Assembly (NCBI GenBank): GCA_904063045.1
Contig: CAJFCJ010000055.1
Span: 69,256 to 133,255, forward strand
DNA: 64,000 bases
Reading direction: 5' to 3'
From: Dimorphilus gyrociliatus
Lineage: Eukaryota > Animalia > Annelida
Shown: positions 1-12,666 of the stretch, in pieces
Numbering within the stretch: the stretch's first letter is position 1
Layout of the letters: each line of letters begins with the position of its first letter
Program-made: the position numbers and the translations under genes
Notes under the pieces: generated by a model
The model's database searches: none
What the model was told of the DNA's origin: nothing
The model's input: the letters and a program-made list of their open reading frames with translations, nothing else

Positions 1-61
1 CATGAATATTCAATTCTGTTAAAAATATTTTGAAATTATTTTAAAGTGTTTTTGTATCAAT

Positions 62-3000
62 TCACTTACCTAAAGGAATGTGAGATAAATTTTCCATTTT
101 TAATTTTTTCATATCTTTAATGTTTTGTTCATATTCAGTAAGATTTGTGTCTTTTTTAAACAAAATTGTTACTAAAAATGCAACAAGTATTACTTTGATT
201 GGCTGAACAAAGATAATACTCTGTACAAATGACAAAATAAATGACATCAACCATTTTAATGATTTCTCTTTTCCCCATTGGATTGAATATAAAATTGTAA
301 AGAATGCTGCTGTTAATGCTGCAAGAAATGCTATAATCCATCCCAATGGAATGGTGTACTTCCGCCATCTTTTTGAATTGAACAGCAATGTTATCAGAAG
401 CAAACCAGGGAATACAACAATACTACTGGCCAAACCTACATATAGTTCATACATTGTGAATGTAACTGGTCCCAATGTTAATCCAAGTTTAGCATCAGTC
501 TCTTTAGAATTTCTATAGAACATACAACTTGCAATCATTGATAAGAATAGAGCAACAAAGCAAACTGATAATCTTTGTAGTCTTGTAAATTTTGATTTTG
601 TTCTTCTTGTCCCAACAGATAACCATAAATGATCATCCATCAATTTTGTTTTAATTCCCTTTAAAAATTGTTCATCCATATCTGGTTTAGTTGCAACAAG
701 AACTCTTTCTATTTGACAATCTAAATGTGTAGGAGATAGCCACTGATCACAATCAAAATGATACCAAGAATTTTTTATAGATTTATCAATAATAATTATT
801 CTTGATAAGAACCAAGGATCATATTCTTTTAATTCTAAGTTGATATTCTCAAGAGATATTTTTATACATATAATTGATCCAATACTATTAGAAGTTGTCA
901 TTATAAATGATCTAGTTGATCCAGCTTCAAAAGAAACTACACTTTCTGAAATAAGACTTCGATTTTCTTATTGGATTTGGTTCCATAGCATGCCAAGTTT
1001 ACTCTGGAATTTGTTCCACCATCTTTCTTATTTCCAGTGTAAACATGTATAACATATTCATATTTATCATCTTTATGATTGTCCAATAGTGGTAATGGTG
1101 TCCACAGTAATCTATCCCTTTTGTCTAATCTTTTTTACTAGTAATGCAAAGGGAATGAAAAGAGCAAACAATGAACAAACTGTTCCAAATACAGCAGCAT
1201 TGTCTGCTAATTTACTTGCAAAATCATCAAATACTGTTTCAAAATTAATGAGATTTGGTGCTAAATCTAATCCAGCTCCCAAACTTCCAAATAGATTACT
1301 TGTAAATTTTGCTTTTGATACTGTTGTCTCTTTATCAATTGAATTTCAAATGAAACAATATGATATAATAATTCCAATTCAATAAAACGTTAAAGACATA
1401 GTTAATTGATTGATAAATTGTTTCTTATTCTTTTTTTTACCATCTAATATTCCATAAAATTCAAATACTACTCCTGGACTGGAATAAAATCCATGGATAT
1501 AAAAACGGAGGTATTTAGCCCTTATAGGCTTATCAAATAGGGTTTGAATGGGAATAAATGTAACTCGTTCATTTGAAGCTTGAAAAACTATAATATTACC
1601 ATCACTACCTCTTAATTTATCATCTAATGAGTCATAATTATATCCAACTGCTAATGTGAATGATTCTACATAACCTGCCATCTCAGGGCTAGGAGCTAAA
1701 CTTAGCCCATATAATTGGATTGGTAATGGCCATGTTACACCAAACCAATTTTCCCTTGAAGTTGCATAAAAACAGCTGCGTTCAAAAGAAAACTCTTTCA
1801 TTTAAAAGAAAAGGCTCCAAAATGATTGTCATGTCTAAAATTTCCATATCTGCCTTCAGAAGGTTTTGATGAACTAGCAGTGCTTGAAGCTGAAAAGCTG
1901 GAATCAGGCAGTTGGTCAATAATGTTATTTTGCATTGCACAAGTATCAGATTCGCATTCAAATTGATAATGTCTAAAATGTGTGTTAAAGTTTAATTCTG
2001 GAAAGTTGTCGGCATACAATTTATCTATATGAAAATGACATCTTGCCAAATAATTATCCCATGAAACACTAGAGCAATTACCATATGTTCCAGAAATGCA
2101 AGCCTATATGAATAAGGAGAAACAAACATTACATTGCTGTTCATGATTGGTATCAATACAATTAAATCATACTTTAAGACAAGCATCAAAAGAAATAATC
2201 TTGACTTTATACTGTCTAATATCTCTATAATTGTTTAGAAAATACCAATAAGGTCTGCAGCCAGTAGGGTCAACTTTTCATTTCAAAATGGCGGAGTAAG
2301 TGAGAGAAAGAGAGAGATTAAATAAAGTGTTACAATCTATAAAATTACCAACTTTTGTTCATTTCACACAAATATCTAGCTGTGGGATGAAAATCTTTCA
2401 CAGTTGACCAAACTCCATTTAGTGAACGTATCATAACAAAATCTTGATTATTAACAATTGTATTTGCCGGTTGTTCAAAAATTTCGGAAATTTAATGGTG
2501 TATTATCGAATACGACAGAAGTCGCCCAGGGCAGAAGTCGCCCAGGACAGAAGTCGCCCAGACATTGATAGAAGTCGCCCAGAGCTGTGACAGAAGTCGC
2601 CCAGAAGTGTGATAGAAGTCACCCAGGACTATGACAGAAGTCGCCCAGAAGTGTACTAGAAGTTTACAGTATGCTTAATAAAATGCAAAATATATGAAAA
2701 TAATTTATGAAGTAGTTTGTATTTATTATTTGTAATCTCTGAGTGATAATGAAAGAAATTGTTTTACCAGTTTTTTTTTGTAGAGTAATGTTTTACCACT
2801 TGATTTGTTGTGAAAATTGAATTGTTAGCTATTCGAATTAAGTGATTTTCTGCATTGTAATCCTTCAAAAGTAACAATTGTTTTGATAAAAATATTAGTC
2901 TCTTTAAAATCATGTATATATCTTACAATTTTTTTTAATTCTCATGATCTTTGACATAAGAGGTATTTGAAAGAAATTTATCAACATGGCAAAATTCTGC

Positions 3001-3761
3001 TTTGAATGTAGAAACAAATTTAATAAATTAAATGAAATGCATAAGATTTTTAGTTTAAAACTCAATACTGTACTTTGTATTGTGATTGTGGGAATTTTCT
3101 GCTGTACTGATCCAAATAGAACCTCAAGTTTGTGCACAAGTTTAAGCAAATAAATGATATTTATGTGAAACCTTCAACAGAATGCCAGTATTTTATTTTA
3201 ATTCATCACTATTTAGTTATTATTAAATGATGCATTCTATATTTATTAATACTTATTATATATTTCAATTGTCAGAAATCAATAGAAACAAAGAACAAAC
3301 ACATTATGTCTTCTACAGTTCTAGGCGACTTCTGTCATAGTCCTGGGCGACTTCTATCACAGTTCTGGGCGACTTCTGTCACAGCTCTGGGCGACTTCTA
3401 TCAATTTCTGGGCGACTTCTGTCCTGGGCGACTTCTGCCCTGGGCGACTTCTGTTGTTCCCTGTATTATCGTGCCATGTAAAATCTTTGGAATAGTTTCC
3501 TGTTGTTCCTATTCTCCTTAGGCCTAAAAAGTAGTAATTCTTAGTCGCACTTTGAAGATATATTTGAACAAATGATAGTTTCTTTGGAGAATCAATCTTA
3601 ATTGGAGTTCCTCCTTTAAGACCACATAATATATTTATTTGTAAAGCTGAATTAAGATTATCTGCAAATTTTCCAATACAACTATCTAAATATCTTATCC
3701 AACCATTAGGGCAATCATCCCCTAAATTAAAGAATAAAGTTAAATGAAAACTGGTAAACAA
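62..3761 (-). pseudogene. Polycystin-1-like (PKD1L family) gene, apparently disabled: C-type lectin, F5/8 discoidin, degenerate GPS, TM1, PLAT and further TMs; continues off the left edge
   Basis: ORF 62..901 has a PLAT end plus the PKD1L motif DDHLWLSVGTRRTKSKFTRLQRLSVCFVALFLSM. Upstream frames give FGSLGAGLDLAPNLINFETVF..TM1 and LDKRDRLLWTPLPLLDNHKDDKYEYVIHVYTGNKKDGGT. There are frameshifts at about 1132 and 968. F5/8 domain at 1379-1900. The CLECT exon (3761-3470 plus 2498-2330) is split by a transposon. GT donor at about 65. Joining the lectin part to the PKD part is inferred from one plausible in-frame splice. Confidence 0.75.
2508..3461. mobile_element. Non-autonomous foldback/Mutator-like DNA transposon with about 145-bp TIRs built from tandem GACAGAAGTCGCCCAG units and a 9-bp TSD
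   Basis: About 7 copies of (G)A(C/T)AGAAGTCGCCCAG at 2514-2650 and the reverse complement array at about 3320-3455. Direct repeat TGTATTATC at 2499-2507 and 3462-3470. AT-rich interior with no transposase. Confidence 0.85.
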
Positions 3762-4573
3762 TTAAGAAATACATTTTTAATACCTTGTATATTTTCAAAG
3801 AGAAAAGTGATTAAAATAATTGAAAGGGTGAAAAATTTCATGTTATTGTCCATCATGCAATTTGAAAGTTGTTAATGCAATTTTGGATAATTGTCAGTTA
3901 ATATATTCATTAAAAAATATCAATGATCATGAAAAATAAGATATTTATTAATATTTAAATCATAAAAGACTTTAGAATAGCTACAAGAGTAGAATTAATT
4001 AAAGATGTCTTTTCATTAAATAAAAAAAAAAGAATTATATATATGTTGATAAGATCAATAGAGAAATATCAAAATTATTGAAATTCATTTAATACTCAAT
4101 GTCTTTAACAAACTAAATATCTTACCTTACACAGTAAAGTCCTATGTAGTACATTTTTTCTTATTTTCCATGATGTCAGCATTTAGGTAATGCAATTGAT
4201 TGCAATAAAAAATTTCTCTTTGTTTGTCGTCTTTTGTTAAGAAAATCGGAGGGATCTCATTAAACAATTTGTAAAAGAGATGGAGTTTTATTTTACATTG
4301 TCCAACAGAATATTATCTTATTCTTTCACTTGTTCATCCTTTTTCGTCAATTAAACTTGCAGCAGTTGTGATAATCTATTGAGGTAAAAATATGGATTTC
4401 TGTCAATTAATAGGTCAACGATCTCAAATAATAATTCCATCTATATTCACCTCTGAATCATTTTTCTTTGCAAATCTGAGCATAAAATGCAAAATAATGC
4501 AGACACTGTGACCATTGAAAATTTAACTTTTTCAAAAGTCTCATACTTATGGAGTAATTCTTCAAACTTAAAA

Positions 4574-4855
4574 TTAGTTTACTTTTGCCCATATTTTTGG
4601 TAACCCTGAAGTCTTTATGGCCGTCATTTGTCCATGTCTGAAAATCATATGGTCCGCCTGTAAGAATTTAGATGAGTCTAGATTATTAGTGCTCGTTTTG
4701 ATATAGTGCTCTTTTCTTCCTTTAAATCCTTGGATATGAGATCTCATTCTCGTTATCTCTTTGATAGCTCTCAACTGAATTGTTTTAAGACTTACATCCA
4801 CTTGTCCAAGTGGCTCATATCTTGGAAATATCAAATTCAAAATAAAGAAAACCAT
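4574..4855 (-). pseudogene. Decayed F5/8-like fragment, possibly a 5' part of the lectin/PKD1-like gene
   Basis: FLQADHMIFRHGQMTAIKTSG resembles the F5/8 motif WLQVDL..VTAIATQG; flanking frames contain many stops. Confidence 0.3.
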
Positions 4856-5408
4856 TTTGAAAGTATATTGGCCTCATCAGAATTTATAGTGTCCAAGTTT
4901 TTTTGTCGATTACTTTAATACCACCCTGTGTGATTCTCACTCCTAGTTTTATCACTTCGGATCAAATAACAAATATTAGGGCAATGTTACACTATGGCGA
5001 ATTCAATAGATTGGTTTTGTAATGTTTAACGATTCACAATTATAAACTGTTACACAAGAAAAGAGTTAACGAACTGTCTGGAATAATACGTCACACATAT
5101 TGAATAGTAGTAAAGAAACAATTGAAATATATCTTTGTACGCTGTTTCTTTTAATTTGTTTTATTGAGTATTTATGGAACGATTCTGAGGGAAAGCGTCC
5201 AATTTTTTGCGCCTAACCTATTTTATCATTTTCTATTAGAATTTCCCTAAGAATTTACTACTTGCAAGATAAACAAAGAAAAGCAATTGTATTCTCTTCT
5301 ATTCAAAATGCTTTTTAAATTGAAATTTTTAGATTATCGCCTTTTTTCAATCAATTAAATATTATTGGGAGTGATGTTATTAAATATTAAAATAAAATCT
5401 TCTTATAA

Positions 5409-5421
5409 GCGCCACCTGGTG
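5409..5421 (-). promoter_or_regulatory. CTCF-like motif CACCAGGTGGCGC
   Basis: Near-exact match to the CTCF core CCASYAGRKGGCRS in AT-rich intergenic DNA. Confidence 0.55.
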
Positions 5422-5583
5422 TATATACCAATTCGAATTCTGTTTTATTGTATGTATATTAATGAATCGTGTATTTTTCGAGTTTTACATTAATCGTTGG
5501 CCAATCAGCTAACAAGATTCTTTCCATTTTACACTTCCTAGGCTGAAAATTTGCTCAATCAATAAGAAATTGAATTCGAAAAA

Positions 5584-5596
5584 CACTAGGTGGCAC
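5584..5596 (+). promoter_or_regulatory. CTCF-like motif CACTAGGTGGCAC
   Basis: Matches the CTCF core; opposite orientation to the 5409 site. Confidence 0.55.
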
Positions 5597-6863
5597 AATA
5601 TGAAATTAAAATTGAAAAAGATATTACGGTGATTGCCAAATTCTGAATGCCCATTTAAAGTTGTAGGTTAATTAAATGTCAAGGTCGAAGTAATCAGTAA
5701 GTGATAACTAAATCATTAAAATCCTTCCAATTTCTCCAAATATTCCACCCAAACGTTTGACATTTCGTATAATTATCCAAAAACTGAATGTTAAGGAATG
5801 GACAAGTTATAAAATTTCACACTGATCACGTGATTGATTGGTCCGTTTTTGCTGGCGTACAGTTAACGTCGTCTGCTCAATTTTCATTGTTATAATGTCA
5901 TTATTATTGACGTCATAGGATATATTGTGTAAAATTCTAATCTTGAAATCATTAATCATCTAATAAAAGTGTTGATCAACTTTCGGGCCTGTTTTCAGTA
6001 GATTTTCAATTGATTAAAGATTGAAATAGTTAAAACAAACAAAAACGGAAAGACATTTCCTTGCTGCGAAGGACAAATTCAACAATTTCGAAAGCATTTG
6101 CACTATATTGATCAGTTTTACATCGAATTATGGAACCGTCCGAAATTATTACCATATTACCTGACCAAGAATAATAAATGAAAAGAGATATTATTATAAT
6201 TATTAACTTGTCTATTCCAAATAGCCCTATTTCAATATTACCCAATGTATGTTTAAAGCCATGGATTAAAAGAATTGGAAAGAGGTGATTTTCTTATATG
6301 GCAATGCCATATTCTTAATATCTCGATTTTGCTCAATAGGACTATTATCTTTTTTGGAAATTGAAAAACAATTGTAATATATAGTTTATTGAGTACATAT
6401 TCTATAAAATATAAAAGTGCACTTTTTAATTATAACCTCTCTACTTTAAAAGTTTTCATCTATTTTTGTCACTTGAAAAAGTTTAGAAAGAGATTTAAGA
6501 AAATTGAAGAATTTTTAAATCTGTGACACAAGATTTATTCTACTTATTGGATCAGATTTCAAATAAGGCTAAAGTGAGAATTCTTCTATTATCTTTTTGA
6601 ATTAGAGGGACAACTTGCACTTTTTTTCATAAATATTAAAAAGAAAGTGGGAGTGGCACCGTCTTTTCAAGTAGAAAATTATAAAGAAAAAGTTTTGGTA
6701 TTTGTTTGTAATTTCCCTGAATTTACATGGAAATTAATTTTACATAAATACTGATTAAAGCTGTCTTTCATTTTCTACTTTTTTGAAAAGTATATAAAAG
6801 AAAATGTTAAAATCACTTTCATACTTGTAAAAACATTTCCATTAATTTGTATTATTACCCATA

Positions 6864-7907
6864 ATGCAATTTTCAATGAATAATACAACATTTCCAATTT
6901 TACCTGCTTTTGAACATTACAGTCCAAAGGATGTAATAATATTCAGAATTGCAGCAAATTTGACGATATTTGTGTTTGGAATGTTTGGAAATATTTTCTC
7001 ATTTATCGTCTTCAATAAACCTTCCATGAGCACATCTTCAATTTCAATTTATCTAAGATTCTTGGCAGTTGTTGATACTTTAAATTTGATTTTGAGAGGC
7101 CTATTCCAGAGTACAAGATACATTGATTCATTTCTAACATCAAATGTAACATTTCTGTTTTATTACGTTTGCATATTCCGAGGTCCTGTTCAATTTTTTC
7201 TAAGTTCATTAAGTTCATGGATTCTAATTGCAATGACTTTTGAAAGAACAATATTTGTAATATTTCCAACGAAAGCAAAGAGTTTTTTCACAAAATTTGT
7301 AGCAAAAGTAATATGTTCAACAATATCGATTGTATTTATAATCTTTTATGGACACGGCTTTTTTATCTATTCGAATTCTGTTATCTATAGACATCCATTC
7401 GATAAATGGAGCGATTTGGTTGTTTGCAATTTAAAAAGTAAAGAAATTGAATATTTTACTAGTAAAATTCAATCTGCAACTCACATTACACTTTATAGTA
7501 TAATTCCAATATTTTCTCTATTTATATGTAATATTCTCATCTCTAAAACTCTATTCTCCGCTTCGAAGAAGAGACAGGCTCTAACATCTCAAAATTCTGA
7601 TAAAAGTAATTCAAAAAGTACTCAGGTAACAATTCTCCTGTTGGGTATTACGACATACTTTTTAATTAGTTCTCTACCTGTCAGTCTATTGTACGTCTAC
7701 AGTAATTGCTGTTTCCATAATCCAACAGCAAAGGATCTTAGTAATTTATTAAAGGCGGCAATCTATACTGAAGTTATTTCAAATACAAATTTCGGTATTA
7801 ACTTTTATCTTTATTGTCTTAGCGGACCAAAATTTCGTAGAGAATTCCTAAGATATTTCTGTAAAGAAAAACAATCTGCCACATCAAATTTCTCAACTAT
7901 TGAATAA
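6864..7907 (+). CDS. Intronless class A peptide-receptor-like GPCR (FMRFamide-receptor-like group), 347 aa
   Basis: Seven hydrophobic segments, GMFGN in TM1, LAVVD in TM2, MTFERTIFVIFP after TM3, C-terminal NFYLYCLSGPKFRREF. Confidence 0.92.
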   Translation: MQFSMNNTTFPILPAFEHYSPKDVIIFRIAANLTIFVFGMFGNIFSFIVFNKPSMSTSSISIYLRFLAVVDTLNLILRGLFQSTRYIDSFLTSNVTFLFYYVCIFRGPVQFFLSSLSSWILIAMTFERTIFVIFPTKAKSFFTKFVAKVICSTISIVFIIFYGHGFFIYSNSVIYRHPFDKWSDLVVCNLKSKEIEYFTSKIQSATHITLYSIIPIFSLFICNILISKTLFSASKKRQALTSQNSDKSNSKSTQVTILLLGITTYFLISSLPVSLLYVYSNCCFHNPTAKDLSNLLKAAIYTEVISNTNFGINFYLYCLSGPKFRREFLRYFCKEKQSATSNFSTIE

Positions 7908-8037
7908 TTTAAAAACTGGTAATCTTCTTTCAATGTTTGCACAAAATACGCTTTTGTTAAATTACGTAATAAATACAAAAATTTCATAAATTTTCATTTG
8001 TTTTATTGCTTTATTGCGAAATTTATAATTGAGAAAA

Positions 8038-8051
8038 GCGACATCTATCGG
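8038..8051 (-). promoter_or_regulatory. CTCF-like motif CCGATAGATGTCGC
   Basis: Variant of the CTCF core, located between the GPCR and NLR genes. Confidence 0.4.
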
Positions 8052-8264
8052 TAGTTTAGATTATATTGTAGTGTTTTTGCAGCTAATCCTGTTAGTCATC
8101 GATATTCCAATTATCTTACCTCTTCTAACTTGTCTAAGCAAATATGAGTTACGGCTATCAATATTTCATATTTAGCCTTTTGTACAAAGATCATAGTGAC
8201 TACTAAGTACTGCTTTATGAATTATTTGAACATTTGCTTTTTCAAATCTAAATAAAAACTGGTA

Positions 8265-11200
8265 ATGAATTCTAAGGAGAAATTATGCTTCAATTATTAT
8301 AAAGGGCAATTACACAAACTATTGGAGGATGATTACAATTTTGAACACTTCGGCAAACATTTGGTTAATGAAGGTCTTGTGACAAAAGACAATGCGGATA
8401 TTCTAAAACATGAATATGCCGAAGAAGATAAGAAAAAGGCAATTAACCGTGTAATTTCCCAAGCAGACGGATTTAAATTATCAGATATCATTCTCATTTT
8501 AAACAAAATGAATAGCTTTCTCTCTAAGAACGTGGGCAAAAAACTATGCGATTCCGATTTTGTTTGGAAAATGCTTATCTTCGATACAAGAGCAAAGAGG
8601 AAACAAGATTTTTCAACAATAAAACCACTTCCGTTCAACGAAACGTCAAAGGAAGTAAACTTAACAGATATTGTTATACCAATTAAAATATCAGAGGTTA
8701 TTGATAACGATATCTTTGAATCGAAATTAGTTGATACAGAAATAACATACAATGACTTCTATAAGGTGTTTTTTAAAGATTTTAATAAATTATTAGTTCA
8801 AGGAGAACCTGGAATTGGAAAAACTTTCCTAGTTAAAAATCTAATATATACATGGGCCAATCAGGGTTGGAAGAATACTGTTGACAAATTATGCGTATTT
8901 GTTATCTTGAGAAATGTTGAAGCTAACACCACAATTTATCAAGAGATTTATAAACAAAACTTTTCAAATATCGAATACATTGATGCTAATATTATTGAGA
9001 TGTTTTTTAAAGAGAGGAGCAAAGATATTATTTTATTACTAGATGGCGCTGACGAATTTCATATTCCACATCATGGCTTTAATAATATAATCAATGGGGC
9101 GGATTGTCAAATTCCAACTGCAATTTGGACAAGAAAATGGAAGGCTAAAGAAATTAAGAGTACTTGTAGCGTTTCGTTCGAATTAACTGGATGGAATGTT
9201 GATCAAATGGAGAAATTCTTTCAAAAATGTTTCCTTCAGCAAAACGCTCAAAAAGCTAAATATTTTGTTGAAAATGTGGTTAAAAAACACCAACAGATAG
9301 AGAACTTTTGCCATATTCCACTTTTAGCTATGATTCTATTTTATGTTTGGAAAGAGGTGGGCGATATTACGGAGAAGACGCTCTTTCAAATATATCAACA
9401 ACTAATTGAAGTGATACTAAAGAAAAATTTAGATAAAGCTGTGGCTGAACGACAAACAATCTTGAACGAAATTTATGAATTATGTTTTATAAATCTTTAT
9501 CACAGCAAAATTATCTTGAACTGCAGCGAGGATATGCAAATTCTTATTAAAGATAGCTTAAAAGGCCTATTAGACATTATTCCCTCTACTGGAAGTAAAA
9601 CTGAACTGCAACTTTATCATCTATCATTTCAAGAGTTCTTCTCGGTTCAATTCCTTATTGAACAATTCAATCAAAAGTCTAAGGACGCGCTTTGGGTATT
9701 CGAAAGCGGATCAAATAAGGGAAAAACCTTAGATGAATTTCTATTTGAAACGAATAACACCAAAATTTACAACGTTCTGGATTTTATTCAACAAAGTTCT
9801 CCTCAAATCCTACAAGACATTCTATTATCTTCCAAAATCGCTCAAGAAATATTTGACTGCAGTGACAATGTAAAAAATATTCTATCAAGTGCATTAACCA
9901 ATAAAATGGAGCTGAGTTTGAAAGATGAAATCTTAAATGATAGAATACTTGAATTATTGATAGAGAGCAGAGGTCAAAGTTTAACAAACATATCTATAGA
10001 AAATTCAACAATAAATGTCAACCTTCTATTGCAATTGTTAACTCAATCTTCACCACTTTTAAAAGTAATTTCAATACGAAATTCGGATTATCTCTTCTCA
10101 TATGAGATTATCTTTGAGCAAATCCTCAAGTTAATACAAATTTCAGATATTGAGCAATTTCATTTCACCAATGCAAATGTTACATTAAAGAGAACATTTG
10201 AATTCGGAAAAGAAAGTCCGGAGCGCAACATTGAAAAAATTGAAATTATTTCAAATAATACAGACAAAGATGATTGGCTGATCAGAGTGAAACTCGGATC
10301 TGGACAACTAACTGATCTTCTAGATGAATCATTCAATTCGCAAATCTTCTCTACAAGACAAACTTTAAATTCCATTNNNNNNNNNNNNNNNNNNNNNNNN
10401 NNNNNNNNNNNNNNNNNNNNNNNNNNNNNNNNNNNNNNNNNNNNNNNNNNNNNNNNNNNNNNNNNNNNNNNNNNNNNNNNNNNNNNNNNNAATTTCAAAC
10501 GTTTCTTGTAAAGAATTGCCAATTAATTAACCTAAATAAAAATTTACTTTTGAATTTGCATCATTATCTACCAAATTCCTCCTGGAATGACTGTAATACC
10601 TGCAAAGTTGAGGTGTTTCAACAAGAAATAATTCTATTATTCATAAACACTTGTAATGAGGAAAGTATTGCTAAAAATTCAACACTAGAGGGCCTTAACG
10701 AGAGTAGTTTGAATTATTTAACTTGGGCGTTGCGCCAGAAAATTATCCAATTTGATTATATTCCAGTTGAGCTCTATCATGTAAAGTCTATAGACAGTTT
10801 AAAAAATCTACTAGACGATTTTTTTGAAATAATAAGTCAAACTCTTGAAATATTTAACATAAATCAACATTCAAAACAGGAAAAACTGTTTGAAAACACA
10901 ATTGAAATGTTGAATAGATGTACAAATGTTGAAAAAATAATACTATCAAACCAGTCTAATAGTCTGGTTAATATTTGTCAAAAATCTTGGACATTTTCAA
11001 AATCAATAAGAGAAATTCACTTTGACAAATGTAACTTGAACAATGAACAAGCAACTCGTCTTGGTGAAAATATTCAGCATTGTTCTTCCTTAGAAGTCGT
11101 CAACTTGGCTAGAAATGTAAACATGAAAAGTGGATTTCGCGTGATTTGTGATGGGTTGAAAAAACTTTCCAAGACAGTGAAACAAATTGATTTTGGTTGG

Positions 11201-12022
11201 TGCGATTTAAATGCTGACCAAGGCAATTATTTAGGAGAGGCATATGAACAGTGTTCTCTGTTGGAAAATGTTAATCTACAAGGAAATAAACATTTACAAA
11301 ATGGATTTGAAGCGGTTTGCAACGGTTTGAAAACGTCTGGTGAAACTTTGAAAAAGTTTAATATTCGTTGGTGTTCTGTAAACGAAAATGACAGAAAGTA
11401 TCTACAGCAAACTTTTTTGCAGTTTTCTTCACTGGAAACTGTCCGCCTGGCGGGAAACACAAACACAGAGAATGGATTTAAACAGATTTGTAAAGGACTG
11501 ACAAACTCTTCCAAAACTTTAAAACGAATTGATATATATTGGTACAATTTAAATGATGAAGAAGCTGATTGCCTTGGACAAATATTTCAATGGTGTTCTT
11601 CATTGAAAACAGTTCAATTAGCAGGAAATAGAAACATGAAGAATGGGTTTCAATTCATATGTAGAGGGTTGGAAACCTTTTCCACCACTCTAAGGCAAAT
11701 TCATGTGAAATTCTGTGATTTAAATGATATTGAAGCAAAATATCTAGGAAAAGTGTTGGAGCAATGTCCTTCATTGGAAAGTGTGTCCTTAGCCGGAAAT
11801 AGAAACATGGAAAATGGATTTGAAGCGATTTCTAATAGATTGAAAACCTCTGCTAAGAATCTGAAAACAATTGATATACGCTGGTGTTCTTTGAAAGCTG
11901 AGCAGGGTAAATATCTCGGTAAAGCACTTGGACAGTGCAGTTTGTTAGAAGCTATTTACCTGCAAGGAAATGAAGATATAGGAAATGGCCTTGACCTGAT
12001 TTTGAGTTCATGCAACAAATGA
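8265..12022 (+). CDS. NLR-like protein: putative death-fold N-terminus, NACHT NTPase and RI-type LRR array; probably one exon spanning the assembly gap
   Basis: Walker A GEPGIGKT, Walker B LLLDGADEF, CHIPLL, LYHLSFQEFF. The frame of ORF 10550..12022 is open back to the gap at 10493. About 28-aa repeats of the form LExVxLAGNxNMxNGFxxICxGLxxxxxxLKxIDIxWCxL. Confidence 0.88.
10377..10490. other. Assembly gap (114 N)
   Basis: N run inside the NLR gene. Confidence 1.
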
Positions 12023-12172
12023 AACTAAATTTTCCAAACAAACAATTTCAAAGTGAAAAAATGCTTTGGTCTTTATATAAATTATTAACTATAAAAATGT
12101 ATTAAATGGAGAAAATATCACATTTTCAAGGAAAAAATGGGAAGAGAAAGAGAGACGGAGAGAGAGAGAAAA

Positions 12173-12610
12173 CTAATATCTGTTGCTCCAAAACTGTACT
12201 TTCTTTTGCAATATTTTCTTTGTTAAATGACCAATGCAAAATATGTTAGCTTTTTCATTATCTCTATCAAGGCTAATAAAACCTTTCCAACAGATGCAAA
12301 ATTTCTGATGTTTAACCTTTAAGAATAAAAACAAACAAATGTTAAAGTTAATTATTTTATGTTCATTATTTATTTAGACATTTACTAACATTATATACAA
12401 TATTCTGAAGTGACAAAGGTCCCTCATATGCCAATAGATTTTGATGACAGAACAAAAGACCACTTGCAATATCTCTCAATAATTTTAAATGTTTCATTTC
12501 ACAATAAAATTGCTTAGTAATCTTAACCTCTTCGAAGAAGCTATGATCCTGATATTGAATAAGATAATGGCACGTCACAGTAGTCTTTTTAATGAATGAA
12601 AGAACTGCTC
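12173..12610 (-). other. Kinase-homology-like segment (two exons) directly downstream of the LGR 7TM
   Basis: CHYLIQY..LLRDIASGLLFCHQNLLAYEGPLSLQNIVYN resembles kinase subdomains V-VIb. A phase-0 intron (GTTAGT..AAAG) joins exon 12316-12173, which contains KANIFCIG (subdomain IX-like). Confidence 0.45.
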
Positions 12611-12666
12611 ATTTTTAATGATTTGAAAAATGAATATGCATTAACAATTGACCATAGATTTATAAT

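Noticed and set aside
2514-3455. Short repeats with spacers resembling a CRISPR array
   Set aside because: Spacers are only 0-7 bp, the two arrays are mirror images forming TIRs with a TSD, the context is eukaryotic and there are no cas genes.
6030-6245. 71-aa ORF with a hydrophobic stretch
   Set aside because: No ATG start, no domain and no supported splice partner.
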